Source: Eledone cirrhosa (lineage: Eukaryota). From it: a stretch of 64,000 bases of DNA. The stretch lies in contig OZ024747.1 in assembly GCA_964016885.1 (NCBI GenBank), positions 57,598,001 through 57,662,000 on the forward strand, written 5' to 3'. Position numbers and translations under genes: made by a program. Shown piece by piece: positions 14,798 through 29,580 of this stretch; position 1 is the first letter of the stretch; each line of letters starts with the position of its first letter. The notes under the pieces are model-generated. The model made no database searches, was not told the DNA's origin, and saw only the letters and a list, made by a program, of their open reading frames with translations.

Positions 14798-15534
14798 TAA
14801 ATTACTTTACTCGTGAACAGAAATCGCCGCACGGTTCAAGACCCGAACCCACATCCTTATGACCGTGACTCCAGCAAATTAACCATAAGGTGACCCACCT
14901 TCATATTTTATTAACAACCGTAGTAATTCCACGTGCAATGTTAGAAATCTGATAATTGAGTGTTTGCACGCACGTGTGTGTATGTTAGGATTTAAGATTT
15001 TGAGATATTTCTAATATGTTCTTGAAATGTTCTTCGGTTATTTGAATAGGATACGATTAATTATGCATTTTATTTCATTTAATTAAGAATGTAAAACTAG
15101 CGATGTGTAATTACATAATCGTAATTAAAGTTCCATAAACATAAAAGGTTAGAAGTGTTGTAATTATGAAATATATATATTTAATGAACATGCAGGAAAT
15201 GAAATATATATATCCGGTAATTTTTAGCGCTACTGCCTCACCAAATACTTAGATTAAATTTGTTTTTAACTCATAACAGTCAATCTTACCTGTATTTCAA
15301 GTTTAGCTGTATAATGTAACCTTTCATAAGAAGATATTTTGAGTGAGATTTGTAAACGATATCAACCTATAAAGTTACTATCATCTACATTGCTCATATA
15401 CTTTAAAACTTGTGACTTGTCAATCTGTTAAATGCATTAATTTCCATGTTTACTAGACGGGCCTTTACATTGTTATTCTACAGGCCATAAATAGCAGGCA
15501 GATTTTACCTGAAATCACTTACTACCATCTAGGA

Positions 15535-15852
15535 CAGAGGTTCTTAAACTTTTTGGGCCACCGCTCCCCCCACGGCCACGTAAACCCTATTTCCAGAGAG
15601 ACCTGCCTACACGCAAATTGTAAAATATATATAATAAATAAAATCGTTAATTTATATATAATAAATAATATATTATATAATATGTATAAATAAATATTGT
15701 ATATTTTTTATTTTACTATATTTATATATAATATGTATCATTTGATATTTAATATACCATTATATCATCTCTAACCCACCCATCCGCACCGCCCCTGGAC
15801 CTTCGGAACGCCCCTCCCCGCTGGGGGATAGCGTCCACTTTGAGAAATTTTG
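15535..15852. mobile_element. Old hAT-type MITE
   Basis: Ends CAGAGGTTCTTAAAC / CTTTGAGAAATTTTG. Imperfect 8-bp TSD ATCTAGGA / ATCTACGT. Confidence 0.5.
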
Positions 15853-16398
15853 ATCTACGTTAAAGAAGGATGGAGTCATTATATATACACTAAGATGAGG
15901 CATTCACAGCTGGAATATACCTTTGATCATAGATATGCTCGACGAGGACATACTTGGCGCTAAAGTAAAAAGCAGCAACAATAATATCAGATTGGAGAAA
16001 GTTAATTAAAACTTTAAAACATTTTGCCTCAGTCTCTGTTGGGGAAGTATATACTAGTAGTTATTTAATTATTATCGTACCGGCCAGCAAGGGTGAATAT
16101 CTCATATAATAAATATTAATAATTCAGAAACCTTCATAGTTGTCTTCCTTGCGTCGTCGACCCTACGAATAGATAGACGAATCAGGAACGAAAATAAGTA
16201 CCTGACTGTTGGCGTATACATCTAATGGTAGAAATTCGAATTCCAATAGTAATGACTACGTTAGTCATATTAGTAACGCCTACTACATCTTATTCACAAC
16301 ACATATCAGCATGACTTCGTCCTGAAGATGAAACTAAGAAGGTTGACAATTATTAATAATGGATTTAGAAACATTACAGTGATAAACAAGCTGTAAGA

Positions 16399-17116
16399 AT
16401 CTTATACAAAAATATGAAAAACTAAAAAAGAAAACAATGATTAATTATTTAAAAAATACAAAATAACACACTCGCATATTCTATAGAACATGTCTAGAAG
16501 AGTTGTTGCTCTCGCACATATACAAATTCGTTTGAGTGCGCGTGTGTGTGTATACACACACACACACATATATATATATGAAATAAAGTGTCTGGTGGAC
16601 ACTGTGACCAGGAAGAGCATAAATCAAGGTAGTACTCTTTGCATGATGAAACTCAGAGTGGGTGTGTTGAAGAGGGAAAATACCGACCGTGAGGCTTACA
16701 GTTTCTGGTTGGTTCATCAAGCTTTTTCTAAGGGTACCCATGAAAATGCTGAAATCGGAGGGCTTGCAGTAGAAATCCTATCTCTTCAGTATATATATAT
16801 ATATATATATATATAGTAATAATAATAAGTTTGAAGACTAAAATCCAAAGAGGGCTCGATAAGGATAAATATATATCAAATATATAAGAACCGTAGAGCA
16901 AATATTTATTAAAATAACAGATTAAAGTTTAAGCAAAGAATCGTTGCTTTCACCCTTAACGGGATCTTCTGAAACACACGCACCCAAACGAATTTGTATA
17001 TGTGCGAGAGAAACAACTCTTTTAGACATGTTCTATAGAATATACCAGTGTGTTATTTTGTATTTTTTAAATAATTAATAATTGTTTTCTTTTTTAGTTT
17101 TTCATATTTTTGTATA

Positions 17117-17120
<4 letters not shown>
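16399..17120. repeat. Inverted repeat, about 147-bp arms (16399-16546 / 16974-17120) with about 430-bp spacer
   Basis: Arm sequences are reverse complements with about 7 substitutions. Confidence 0.85.
16813..16974 (-). mobile_element. PLE-end family B, colinear copy with partial hammerhead-like motif
   Basis: Minus strand begins TTT CAGAAGA T CCC GTTAA GGG T GAAA and ends TTATTATTAC-(TA)n. Stem I is not evident. Confidence 0.65.
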
Positions 17121-17204
<84 letters not shown>

Positions 17205-17206
<2 letters not shown>

Positions 17207-17689
17207 GATAACAAGTTATCGTTTTAGGCAATCCAGTTAGAGGTTATGAGTACTCTGGACTATGGATAGTTTTAACGTACAGCGTTGTTTGACTCAATAA
17301 GTGGTTTCCTTAGTTAGGTAGCGAGTTTGCGAGAATTCTCATACAGGTTATTCTTGAAATAATAATAGTGAAAGAGTGAAGTATAACATGGTCGGCTGTA
17401 CAAAAGGGTTTTATTTACAGTATTAACAATTGTTTCATTGATCAGGTGAGTCTAAAGGCCGCTGATCACTCGAAATTGCGTCACTCGACCTTAAATACAA
17501 TGTGCGTCTCTGATCAAATCATCGGAATACAATGATTTGATCAGAGACACGCACTTTATTTAAGGTCGAGTGACGCAATTTCGAATGATCAGCGGCCTTT
17601 AGCCTTACCTGATCAATGAAACAATTGTTAATACTGTAAATAAAACCCTTTTGTACAGCCGACCATGTTATTCTTCTCTCTTTCACTTT
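17205..17689 (-). mobile_element. Solo PLE 3' end (fold-back), diverged relative of the 55-58 kb element
   Basis: Hairpin 17368-17687 with about 155-bp arms. Tail 17205-17367 on minus aligns by eye with 57895-58068 (TTGAGTCAAA, CGTTAA, CATAAC, TTGTTA..CC-(TA)n). Confidence 0.8.
17420..17530 (-). ncRNA. Type-I hammerhead ribozyme variant with long stem II
   Basis: GTATT CCGATGA T TTGATCAG [64 nt] CTGATCAA T GAAA C AATT G TT AATAC. All three stems pair. Confidence 0.7.
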
Positions 17690-17763
17690 ATATATATATA
17701 TTTTTTCTTTTTCGAATTAACCAGTGTTAAATAAACATCATCGCCATTAAATATTGATACTAA

Positions 17764-17847
<84 letters not shown>

Positions 17848-20800
17848 TTATATAAAGAACTTCGTTTTCAAATATAGCGACAATCAAGAGCGATGATGAT
17901 AGTTGTTGATTCAATACTGGTTAATTCGTTTTCCGTGATATTGTCAATTTGAAATAAACAATTAAAACTCATCAGTATGTGATGTAATCTCTAGCAGAAA
18001 TAATGGTAGTGGAATCTGACTATTGCTTTAGTCAGAACCTAGTAACAATCAGTAATAGAGTTGATGCTGTTTTAGTTTGTTCTGTTTAATATTGTAACTT
18101 CCCACCGGGTTTTCTCTTGTCGTTAGCGTTAAAATAAATATTGTCTGAATTTGATGAGAGTCCCCCGAAAGATTATTTTGAATGAGCTACAGAGAACACT
18201 ATGTTCATACAGCATATTGCTAAATTTTATTGGACTGAAAATATGGATTATGCTATGTAATAATGGGTTATGTCATGTAATTTTAATTAGCATGACTGTC
18301 CGTAATCCAAGTTCAAATCTCGGCTTTATCTTTCATTATTTCAGTGTCGATGAATAAAGAATGATTCCAATACTGGGATCGATTCTCTTCTCTGTTATTC
18401 TGCTTATTTTCCATATTTCTCCATCCCCTCTCTCTTCTCGGTGGAGAAAATCAACTGTGATCAAACCAAGTGAGAGATAGCTCTATTATGTTCAAATGTC
18501 CAAGTAATTCCGTATCTCACTGTGGATCCCCAATGTTTCCACCAGGAGGCAAGAGCCTATTAAACTTGGGTTAATGAAAAACATTAAAAATAATTTGACA
18601 TAAATTTCTAGGGCGGAATCTGTTTGGAATCTCATAGGATATGTGTGTGTTGTGTGTTATTTACGGATGGAAGCATCACTGGCTTAAAATAAGTCTTATG
18701 GTATTTGCTTGAGGTTATAAATGAATAATTTAATAAGTCTTGAGGTTTTAAAGGAATAATTTATAAACATAGCCGCTCCATTGAAATAAACATGAGCCAG
18801 GTAAAAATTGGAACAACATTTGTGTAGTGGAAGCTTGTGACTATTTGATTCCATTGCGATTTATTTTACTGTGGATATAACCACTGAAGTGTACCAGTAC
18901 TTGCATGTGTGATTACATAACATGTGTAGGAAAGTTGTTTATATGATTGTTCGAATGTAGAACAAAATGCCTTGCGGTATTTATTCCAGCTTCTTTACAT
19001 TCTATCTTTCCGAGCGATAAAGTTTACTCTATGGCTGTGGATTTGCAGAATTTTAAGCTCATCAGACGTAATGCTTTGCAGTAGAATTCCTGGTGCCTTA
19101 TATGTCGAGTTTCTGGCTTGTAGAGTCACACCATCGGTTGCTTTAACGCCTTAATTTCGTCTGTGAGGTAGATTTAATGTCGTAAGCATTCAATACAAAT
19201 TTGTTTTGAGAATATCTTCCTTCCTTCCTTCCTTTCACAATTTTCAGAGGACCTGGAAGAATAAATAGGCCACGAGAGCCTCCATCACCTGCCTGTCCAG
19301 ACAGTAATAAAATAATAATAAAAGTACAGAATCTAGAGAGCTGTGAGATTTGTAGCATCAGTGTAATTTATGTAACTATGGCAATGAGAGAAACTGTAGC
19401 ATATCTTTAAGTTTCGGAATTAAAACTATTTACAAACGTGTATTTCCTGGCATAATTAGAGTAACAAGGTGTAATTTAAATATATGTAATTATACATGTA
19501 TAAATCTATAATTAAACATAAATAATGTGAGGTTTATAAAATTGGAGGCATAATTATACATAGTAATGTAAAGTATACACTGGAGTGAATAAAACGTAAT
19601 TAAAATAAACTTAATTAACAGTACTTAAGCCACAGTTAGGAAGCATAAAGCTATTTATGATGTTCATGTTATTTGTTGCTAATGATTGGGATGTAAATAT
19701 TTGTTACTCGATATTCTTCTTCTACGACATCGAATGATATTGATACTAGGGAGGGATACATTAGGGGAGTGTGTGTGTGTGGGGTGAGGGATGGGGGCAA
19801 TATTTTTGTTGTTGGCTTCATCGTCCATTAAAATAGGCGGACATAGCTTCACCACCGAATAGCTACAAGGATTAGGTCAATTCGGTTCAATTCCACTGCT
19901 TGGCACAGTGAGCAAATGTCATTTACAGTCGTGTGGGATTAACAGTGCCTTTTGAATGAAATGAGGTAGACCGCAACTCTTTGTAAAACCGCGGGATGGA
20001 TTATCCCTATAATTCTAATGGTAACAACTCTCATACAGTGTCACGCTGAAACTCACTCAAACAACCAGAGACTTGGCTTCCATGCTTGCAACAGAATGGA
20101 CTTCACTAAATATAGCCAACGGTTTGGTAGTTGTGCGAACATATTTGACGAATTAAGTCTTTCGTCCAAATAACCCACACAACGATCTTAAACAAGGCAT
20201 TTCTTCCGATGTGCTACCAATTTTGCCTATCAATAAACATGGATTGGTATGTTTTTATAGTCCCCAAAGGATAAAAGGCAAATTTGATCTCAGTGGGTTT
20301 TGAATTCAGAGCGCAGAACGCCTGAGCAAGTACCACGAGTTATATTATTATTATTTTTAACTTTGTAAACATGTTTATTTTCAATATAGAAATAATAAAA
20401 GAAGGGGAAACAAAAGGAAAGAAAGAATAGGTAAATATATTAAAAAATATGGAAAAAAATGAGAGAAATAAAGAAAAGATCGGGAGGGGATGGCAAGAGC
20501 TCTGGTGTCGCAGAAAAGAGGGGAAGGTTGAAGGGGTGGGTGGTGGTGATTGGGCTTTGGGCCTAGGGCAAGAGAGCAAAAGTGCTGCGCCCCGCTGACA
20601 AGACGGCAACACGATCTAAACAATTCTACCTATCCTCTAATTTGAACATGTAGTTGAATCCGTCTGGGAAGTTAAAGATGGATCGATCACAGCTGGAACG
20701 CGTTTGAAGCTAAGTGAGCTCCATTAACAACTAAAAAAAACAACTACAGCAACGACAACCTCAGTAACTACAACAACCACAACAACAACAACGACGACGA

Positions 20801-21440
20801 CGACAAAAGCAACAGCTGAACGACAGTTCCTTTTGTTACTTATCTTAATCCCTTTTAACAATTGAGATAAACATCATAAAATCTAATTTCATATTCCTAT
20901 GAATATGAACCCTTGTGATTAAGCATGAAATCAGCCAATTTTTTTTCTCACACTCCTACTGATCTCTCCTAGCAGAAATATATTATTCTAAGGGAAAAGT
21001 TCAGTGAAACTTATCTAAATCAGCAACTAGATTGTGTAAGTCTTTGTACTTGGAAGAGAGATTTGCAGTCTTTTAATTCGAATGGAAGACGCTAGCGTAA
21101 GATGCCAACAATGGAAGTATAACGACATAACACACCTTCTCTTTGAAGACTGCAAGCCAATAACAGAGAATTGCTGCTCAAAGTCTTCTAACTCTCAAAG
21201 GCCAATCATCAAATTTAATCTCATTCATTCCGATTTTATGACTTTTCTGAATTGTCCGATCGCTTTGATGCGTCATGCATACACATACAAATACACACAC
21301 ACAAACACACACATGCTCACACAAATAGCCTCATACACACACGCAGACACGCAAACAGACTCATACCCAAACACACACGCACACAACACCCTAATACACA
21401 CACATACATACATGTATATATAATGATGTATGTGTGTGCG

Positions 21441-21480
<40 letters not shown>

Positions 21481-21617
21481 TAAACACCTACGCACCCATA
21501 TCTACCTCTATCCCTATCTATCTACACAAAATACACAAACACAAGCACACAACCATGAATACATACATATATGCACAATACACACACACACACACATACA
21601 CACACACATATATATAT

Positions 21618-21682
<65 letters not shown>

Positions 21683-22089
21683 GTGATAAATAGATAGATA
21701 TTTACAAATGTATACACACACTTTATATATATATAAATGTCTGTGTGTGTGAGTATGTATTTGTGACTGTGTGTGTGTGTATGTATATGTGTATGAATGT
21801 AAATGGGTGTGAATAGGCCTTATATTTGATTTTGTGTATATGAGTGTGTAAGTGTAGGCTTTTTGTGTGGCGCTACGTAGCCACGTTTATGCATGCATAT
21901 ATATATATATGCATATGCATACGTAACGGATTTCGTTTTCTGCCTAAAGCTTGAACTGTAGGTCAGAAGTGAATATAATTTGACTGCAGCTTCGCAACCA
22001 ATGCTACCACGGTTAAAGGAAATTAAATCATGAATATTCTACATATATTCAGTTGATAGAATGTTGGTAGTGTCACAGAGACTGTTGCA

Positions 22090-22177
22090 TCATTAACTGT
22101 GTCTGTATGTATCTGTTACTTGCATACAAAAGTATATGTTATCAAACAGATACTCTTACATACATACACACACATGA

Positions 22178-22212
<35 letters not shown>

Positions 22213-22312
22213 CACGCACACATACACTCACATTTAACTCTCTATGTATCTGTTACTTGCATACACATGTATATGTTATCAAACAGATACTCTTACATAC
22301 ATCAACACAAAT

Positions 22313-22348
<36 letters not shown>

Positions 22349-22709
22349 GCACACACGCACACATACACTCACATTTAACTCTCTATGTATCTGTTACTTG
22401 CATACACATGTATATGTTATCAAACAGATACTCTTACATACATCAACACACATGAACACACACACACGCACACATACACACACACACATACATGCACACA
22501 TACACTCACATTTAACTCTCTATGTGTTTGTGACTTGCATACAAAAGTATATGTTATCACACACATACTCTTACATACATACACACACATGAACACACAC
22601 ACACACACACGTACACACACGCACACACACGCACACACACATACACTCACATTTAACTCTGTGTCTGTTACTTGCATACACATGTATATGTTATCACACA
22701 CATACTCTT

Positions 22710-22748
<39 letters not shown>

Positions 22749-23490
22749 TACACTCACATTTAACTCTCTATGTGTCTGTTACTTGCATACACATGTATAT
22801 GTTATCACACACATACTCTTACATACACACACATACACACACATGAACACACACACATACACACACACACACACATACACTCACATTTAACTCTGTATGT
22901 GTCTGTTACTTGCATACACATGTATATGTTATCAAACACATACTCTTACATACATACACACACATGAACACACACACACACACACACACACACGCACGCA
23001 CGCACACACTACACACACATGCATGCATACACGCACACATACACATACACATCTCATTATGTATGTGTCTTTTACTTGCACACAAATGTATACGTTATCA
23101 TACACACACACTTACACATATACATACACACATGCATACGCTACACACATACACACACATGCACACACTACACATACACATACACACACAGGCATGCACA
23201 CACGCACATCTAACACTGTATGTGTCTTTTACTTGCATACAAATGAATACATTATCAAACACACATGCACACACTCACATACATACTACACATACACACA
23301 CACACACAGGCATGCACACACGCTCACATACACACAGCATCAACTCTGCGGCGATAACTTACATACAGATGCATAGGTTAACAGACACACAGTCACGGAA
23401 AGCTACGCACACGCTTATATACACATGCACACATACATACACATCATTAACTCTGTGTGTGTCATTTACTTGCATACAGATGTATACGTT
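22090..23490 (+). repeat. Minisatellite: about 70-bp core (CATTTAACTCTCTATGTATCTGTTACTTGCATACACATGTATATGTTATC...) plus variable (CA)n linker, about 10 units
   Basis: Core recurs near 22090, 22231, 22372, 22509, 22650, 22757, 22884 and, more diverged, near 23055, 23208, 23444. Confidence 0.9.
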
Positions 23491-23541
23491 AATAAGCACA
23501 AACTCACTCTCTCACGCACACAGTCACACACACATACACAC

Positions 23542-24130
23542 AGATTCCAGCATAGCTGTGTGTGTGTGTGTGTGTGTATGTATGAGTCTGTGTATGTGTG
23601 AGTGTGTGTATGTGTGAGTGTGTGTATGTGTGAGAGTGTGTGTGAGAGTGTGTGTGTGTGAGTGCGCGCGTGTGCGTGTGAGTGTGTGAGTGTGTGTGTG
23701 TATATGTGTATGTGTGTGAGTATGTGTGAGTGTATGTGAGTGCACACACTACATACTACACACACAGGCATGCACACACGCACACACACACACACACACA
23801 CACATCATTAACTCTGTATGTGCATACGTTAACAAACACACACTCACACACACGTACTCAGACGCACACTCACACACACATACACACTCACAGACTTAGA
23901 CACTCACACACATACACACACACACATACACTCACATACACTCACATACACTCACACACACTCACACACATACACATATACACACACACACACACACTCA
24001 CACGCACACGCGCACACTCACACACACACACTCTCACACACACTCTCACACATACACACACTCACACATACACACACTCACACATACACAGACTCATACA
24101 TACACACACACACACAGCTATGCTGGAATC
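23542..24130. repeat. Inverted duplication of CA-rich sequence (about 23542-23740 / 23935-24130)
   Basis: Unique anchors GATTCCAGCATAGCTG / CAGCTATGCTGGAATC. Confidence 0.8.
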
Positions 24131-24211
24131 TTGTTTTTATTTTACGTGCAGGTGTAGGTATCATAAATGTGTTTTATAATAAACACCGCACTTCTATATG
24201 AACCTGCTTTT

Positions 24212-25156
24212 TACTTTCCTACTTTTGACACAGGCCAGCAACTACACCAGTGCATTACGGGTACTAAGGATCAAAGGCAAAGTTAACCTCGGCGGGATTT
24301 CAACTCAGAACACAAAGGGCCATAACTCTATGCTGCAGAGCATGGTGTCTGACGTACTACTGATACTGCCAATCCACACCCATTTGCATATAAATAATTG
24401 TTTCTACTTTTGGCACAAGGCCAGCAATTACCCAGTGTATTACTGGTACTTTATTTTATCGACCCCGTAAGGATGAAAGGCAAAGTTAACCTCGGCGGGA
24501 TTTGAACTCAGAATGGCAAGGGCCGTAACCGTAACTCTATGCGTCAAAGCATGGCGTCCGACCCTCTACCGATACTGCCAATCCACCGCCATTTGCATAT
24601 AAATAATAGGCGCGATTAACACAAACACCGGCACCTATATTTGTATCTCACATTGGAAAGAAGAGCTTCGCTTCTTCTTTCTGGTTAAAACGGCAATCAA
24701 TAAACGAAGTTTGGAGTCTATTAATTTTTTCATGAAACATATACACCTGTTCGGGACATAAAAGAACTAAACTCCGACTGTCACTGCTTCCGTCTCTCCC
24801 GCTCTCCTCATCTCTCACTATTAGGTCCCTCATTTATATTGCATGTCCAATTATGTGTCACAAATATGAACATTAATAAATACACACTGCTGTTGTGCTG
24901 AATGTCCCCTTTACTTGAAAACAAATGCATACTTCACGAAAAAATGCGACACGTGTAACAAACGTATGAATCTATATAAATGTTTCTACTTTTGGCACAA
25001 GGCCAGCAATTATTCCAATACATCACTGGTACTTTATTTTATCGACCTCGTAAGGATGAAAGGCAAAGTTAACTTCGGCGGATTTGAACTCAGAACGCAA
25101 AGGGCCATAACTATGCTGCAAAACATGGCGTCCGAGCCTCTACTGATACTGCCAAT
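24212..25156 (-). mobile_element. Three SINE family 1 copies (about 24212-24381, 24394-24590, 24978-25156)
   Basis: Match to family 1. 18-bp TSD CATTTGCATATAAATAAT at 24381-24398 and 24590-24607. Confidence 0.85.
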
Positions 25157-25251
25157 ATAATATCACAAATGCAGGTGTCACAATATAAATATGTACTTTA
25201 CAAACACATACCATTTGTATGTTGTATACTAAAGTATATATCACAAGAGAG

Positions 25252-25548
25252 GGCGCGTACCTTTGTGGTTGGGGTATTCGGTTCACAATCGTAAGGTTGT
25301 GAGATCGATTGAGGAAGACATTTTATTTCACATTGTTCCTGTCCACTGAGCTGGCAAAAATGAGTTGCACCTGTAATTCGAAGGGCCAGCCTTGTCCCAT
25401 TATGTGTCACGCTGAATCTTCCGGAGAACTACGTTAAGGGTACACGTGTCTGTGGAATACTCAGTCACTTGCTCGTTAATTTCACGAGCAGGCTGTTCCG
25501 CTGATCAGATTAACTGAAATACTCATCGTCATAACCGATGGAGTGCCA
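25252..25548 (+). mobile_element. tRNA-derived SINE, family 2 head with an alternative body (relatives near 36760-37020, 37320-37570, 62230-62340 and 60-320)
   Basis: Shared TTTATTTCAC..TTG, GGCCAGCCTTGTC, GCTGAATCT.CC.GAGAACTACGTTAA. Confidence 0.7.
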
Positions 25549-26139
25549 GAGGGGAAGAATGTGTCACATATAGAATAATTAATAGACACACTTCAGTTTG
25601 TATCTAACTTGATATTGAATTCTAATTTAGGCCTCAGGCCAATAATTTGAAGATGGGGAGGGGGAAATTCAATTGTATCCGCCCCTACATGAATAGTACT
25701 TTATTTTATCAACCCCGGAAGGATAAAATGTAAACATAGAATGTAATAAGCCGTAACTGAGTGCTGCAGAGTATTTTGTCGAGTGATTTACCGATTCTGA
25801 CAATTCCCTGTACTTTACAGATTAAATACAGATGCATATAATAAAAAAAAGACAATTGTTCACCAAACAGAGCAAAAACATACCCCTCCTTTATGTTACA
25901 TAAAACCCATACGGCAGAAAGACACATATTTAAGTCATGTGGTATTTTTTTCGGCTCATTAAGTACAACAATGACATATGTACTTGGGGGTTATTTCATC
26001 GACAGGGGACCACAAAATGCCGATTATATATCTTTTAAATATGAAGAGGAGACTACGAAGTAGAGTAAGTGATTTAGCTCAATGTAGTATCCTTTTTATT
26101 AAACCTGGTCCTCTATAACATTAATAATGATTTATACTA

Positions 26140-26575
26140 TCAGAACAAGGCCAGAAATTTAGGCGAGGGAAATCGATTAAATGAGTACATTACTGGTGCT
26201 TTATTTCATCGACCCCGTCAGGAGGAAAGTCAAAGTTAACTTCGACAGGTTTTGAACTCAGATCGTAAAAGGGCGTAACCCTATGCCATAAAGCATATTG
26301 TCCGACGCTCTACCGATACTGCCGATCCACCGCTATGGTAATAATTGTTTCTACTTTTGGACCAAGGCCAGCAATTACCTCAGTGCATTACTGGTGCTTT
26401 ATTTTATCGACCTCACAAGGATGAAAGGCAAAGGTAACTTCGGAACTCAGAACATAAAGGGCCGCAACTCGATGCTGTAAAGCATTGTGTCTGACGCTCT
26501 ATCGATACTGCCAATAGAAATAATAACTGTTTCTACTTTAGGCAATTACCCAGTACATTACTGGTACTTTATTTT
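26140..26575 (-). mobile_element. Cluster of three SINE family 1 copies or fragments
   Basis: Match to family 1. Confidence 0.8.
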
Positions 26576-27414
26576 AGAAATAATAACACGAAGGATAAAC
26601 AATAGAAGCCAGCAGATCAAACTTGATATGAAAGGAAGAAAGGCATATTATGATTATATCAAATCCATTATCATATTCATTAATTTCAATTTAGACTCAA
26701 CAGAATTTTAATTCTCAGCAACTAAATTGATATTCATTGTTACTTTAATATATTTTACTTTAGATTCATTAAAATTGAGATCGTTTAATGACTGAGATTT
26801 TAGACGTCTTTTAATTATTACTTTTTTTGTTTTGTTTGCATTCAATCTCAATTATATTGTTTAATTAATCATGGTTTAGATTGAGGAATCTTTAAATTCA
26901 GAGTCGTTTGGAACCTTTTAGCTTAAGTACAGTGAAAATTGCTTTAATATTTAGTCACACGGTTGATTGAAATAACTGATAAATCATTCATCGCATATTT
27001 TTGTCATCGCATATGGTCAGAGATAAAATGTTCTTATTGTTTTTACCATGTCTCCATTTAATTCTTAAAGAAGAAATTAGAGGGTTTTAACACACACATT
27101 ATTCGTCTGAGTATGGTACAATAGATTGTAAGGATTCAGTTATTGGTGAAATTGTGGTGTTGAAAAGGGAAGGGATGATACTCAATCTGTTGCTCAATAG
27201 TTACTTCCCTGATAACTCAGTTTTCATGGAAGAAGAGTTTCATACTAATCCAGTGAAGTAAAGATTACCCTCTCTCACCTTGTAGCTGTTATTTAGCTCC
27301 AGGTCAAATATGGCTGAGTAGGCATATGATCAAGGAAATTTCCGAATGAATATTGTATTAAACTGTACACACATGTACAAACAAAGGCACAAACATACCT
27401 TGTCTCTCTCTTTC

Positions 27415-27535
<121 letters not shown>

Positions 27536-28127
27536 TTTATTGGTGTGTAGCATATAGTTATTATTGGTTCACCAGTTCGAGCACTACAAATGAGTTATCA
27601 ATTCCAGAGGCAAGCTCGATCGCAACCGATCGTACCTTGAGCTAAAAGATAGCGAAATGCGCGTCACTTATGTATAAACATAACGATGTTATATTGATAC
27701 ATTGTTCCTACTCTTTATTATTAATTTTCTGTATATATATATATATATTAATGCATTTGGAACCCGCTCGCCGGCTGAGAACAAAATACCTGTTGATGAA
27801 ATGGCAGCCTTGTTCGATCGTTATACCAAAAGCTTACAATGAAAGCAGGCAGCATAATTGATATAGATGTCACAGAAATCTCCCACTGGATTATACCATC
27901 AATCTCCAGGTAAACTCTTTTGTTAACCTGTTTAGCTTGCTTCGTTTTTTTGGCTCCAGTGGCTGATAACTTCATGACCGCTGTTTTCAGTTTGTCTGGC
28001 CTCTATAACATATGTTAATTGCTCTGGTTTTCTTTTAGTCCATTGAGCGCTTGCCGCATATCTCGAAAATTGCGTTTCGCTTTGTTTTTGACAAATTATA
28101 TTTGTATATATATATATATATATTGTG

Positions 28128-28174
<47 letters not shown>

Positions 28175-28176
<2 letters not shown>

Positions 28177-28375
28177 CGAAGGAAATGTGGTAAGGAACCA
28201 GGTGGACCATAACGCACCAAAGTACTCAATACTTAGGGTAGTAGAGTGGGTAATAGGAACCAGTAAGACCCCGACGGCTGAGCTCAAGCCGTTTGGACGG
28301 CTAATTCTGAATGACGGCTAGTCCAGAATTAGCCGTCGAAACGGCTTGAGCTCAGCCGTCGGGGTCTTACTGGTT

Positions 28376-28380
<5 letters not shown>
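28175..28380. mobile_element. Family A fold-back copy
   Basis: Long arm on minus 28175-28309, short arm on plus 28310-28380, (TA)n on both sides. Confidence 0.8.
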
Positions 28381-28447
<67 letters not shown>

Positions 28448-29580
28448 ATATATATATATATATTATGTATGCGTGTGTATGATTAAATGTTTTGTTGAGT
28501 TTTGATATTTAGTTATATTGTGTTGTCTGTGCTTTCCATTAAATCACGTGTCACCTCCCATTTCACCCATTCTCAACTTCACTCACTACTATTTTCATGC
28601 GCCTACTGTTACACTCACACACACACACACACGCGCTCTTTCTCTCTCTCTCTCTCTCTCTGGTTTTTGACAATCTCCTATTCCCACAGTGTCTCGTTTG
28701 TGGGTCAGCACATAAAAGCTCACAGGGAATTATTGTATGTACACACTAGATATACTTTACTAATCAGAAGCTCGGCGTTTGTTTTTCAGCATTCATCATG
28801 ATTATTTGAATTATATTATAGCATCGTTTATAATTAAAATTGTATTTCTAATTTACTGCAATTTAAGTTTGTTTCAAATGTTAATGTATTTCATTCTATT
28901 TCCTAATACTTTTTTTCTCTATTTTGTAATATATTATTTTATTGTGGCTTGGTTTTTAAAATTTTGTCTTGTCTGTTTTAATGACGTTGAATTAAGAAAT
29001 ATCTTATCAAATTGAATAGAGCTCATCTCATCTACAGTATACCATTTAAATTTATTAAACTTCATGATTAAATATGTTTTAATTTCTTTTCAGTCTCGAT
29101 TTCTAGTTTGATACATTGACGAATTGCTATCTGAATATAACAATTTTTTTTTCGACCTCAATTAATATTTATTATGTATGTAAAAGTATATCGTAGAAAC
29201 AGCGGCATTTATAGGTCTTTCAGATGCATTAGAAAACATTTCTGGGAATAGATACGAGGGGAAAGAGGCAAAAAGGGTTTTACTTCTTCCAATAACATTA
29301 TTAAAACCTACACCAAATCACAAACCAAAGTCCTAAAGGAATCACCACACTAGTCATCATCTACAACAATCGTAACAACACCAGTACCATTACCGTAACA
29401 TATCTAAAATTCTCAAGTCCAGAAGTAAAGCTCAAGTGAAGTAGCATCATTGAGTCTCAAAGCACATCTATGCTCACACTAAGGATGAAAGACATGCTAA
29501 CCTTTGCCATCAATAACGCACACAAAGCTTCTCTAAATCACAACACTTATTCAGATCATTTTATTCAGCCATTATATTCA

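Noticed and set aside
18990-19072. CTGATGA...GAAA on the minus strand as a hammerhead
   Set aside because: Stem II register and stem III do not fit the core, and there is no (TA)n or family support.
22090-23490. CRISPR-like repeat-spacer appearance
   Set aside because: Repeats are about 70 bp, linkers are (CA)n, there are no cas genes and the context is eukaryotic.
27630-27670. GCTA/TAGC-GAAA-TGCGCG-TC half-hammerhead (similar partial motifs near 9335, 10065, 45735 and 50280)
   Set aside because: The CUGANGA half is missing or too degenerate. These may be decayed PLE ends but are not supportable individually.
27760-28075. Possible R4/Dong-like LINE N-terminal fragment on the minus strand
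   Set aside because: Only vague compositional resemblance; no diagnostic motif.
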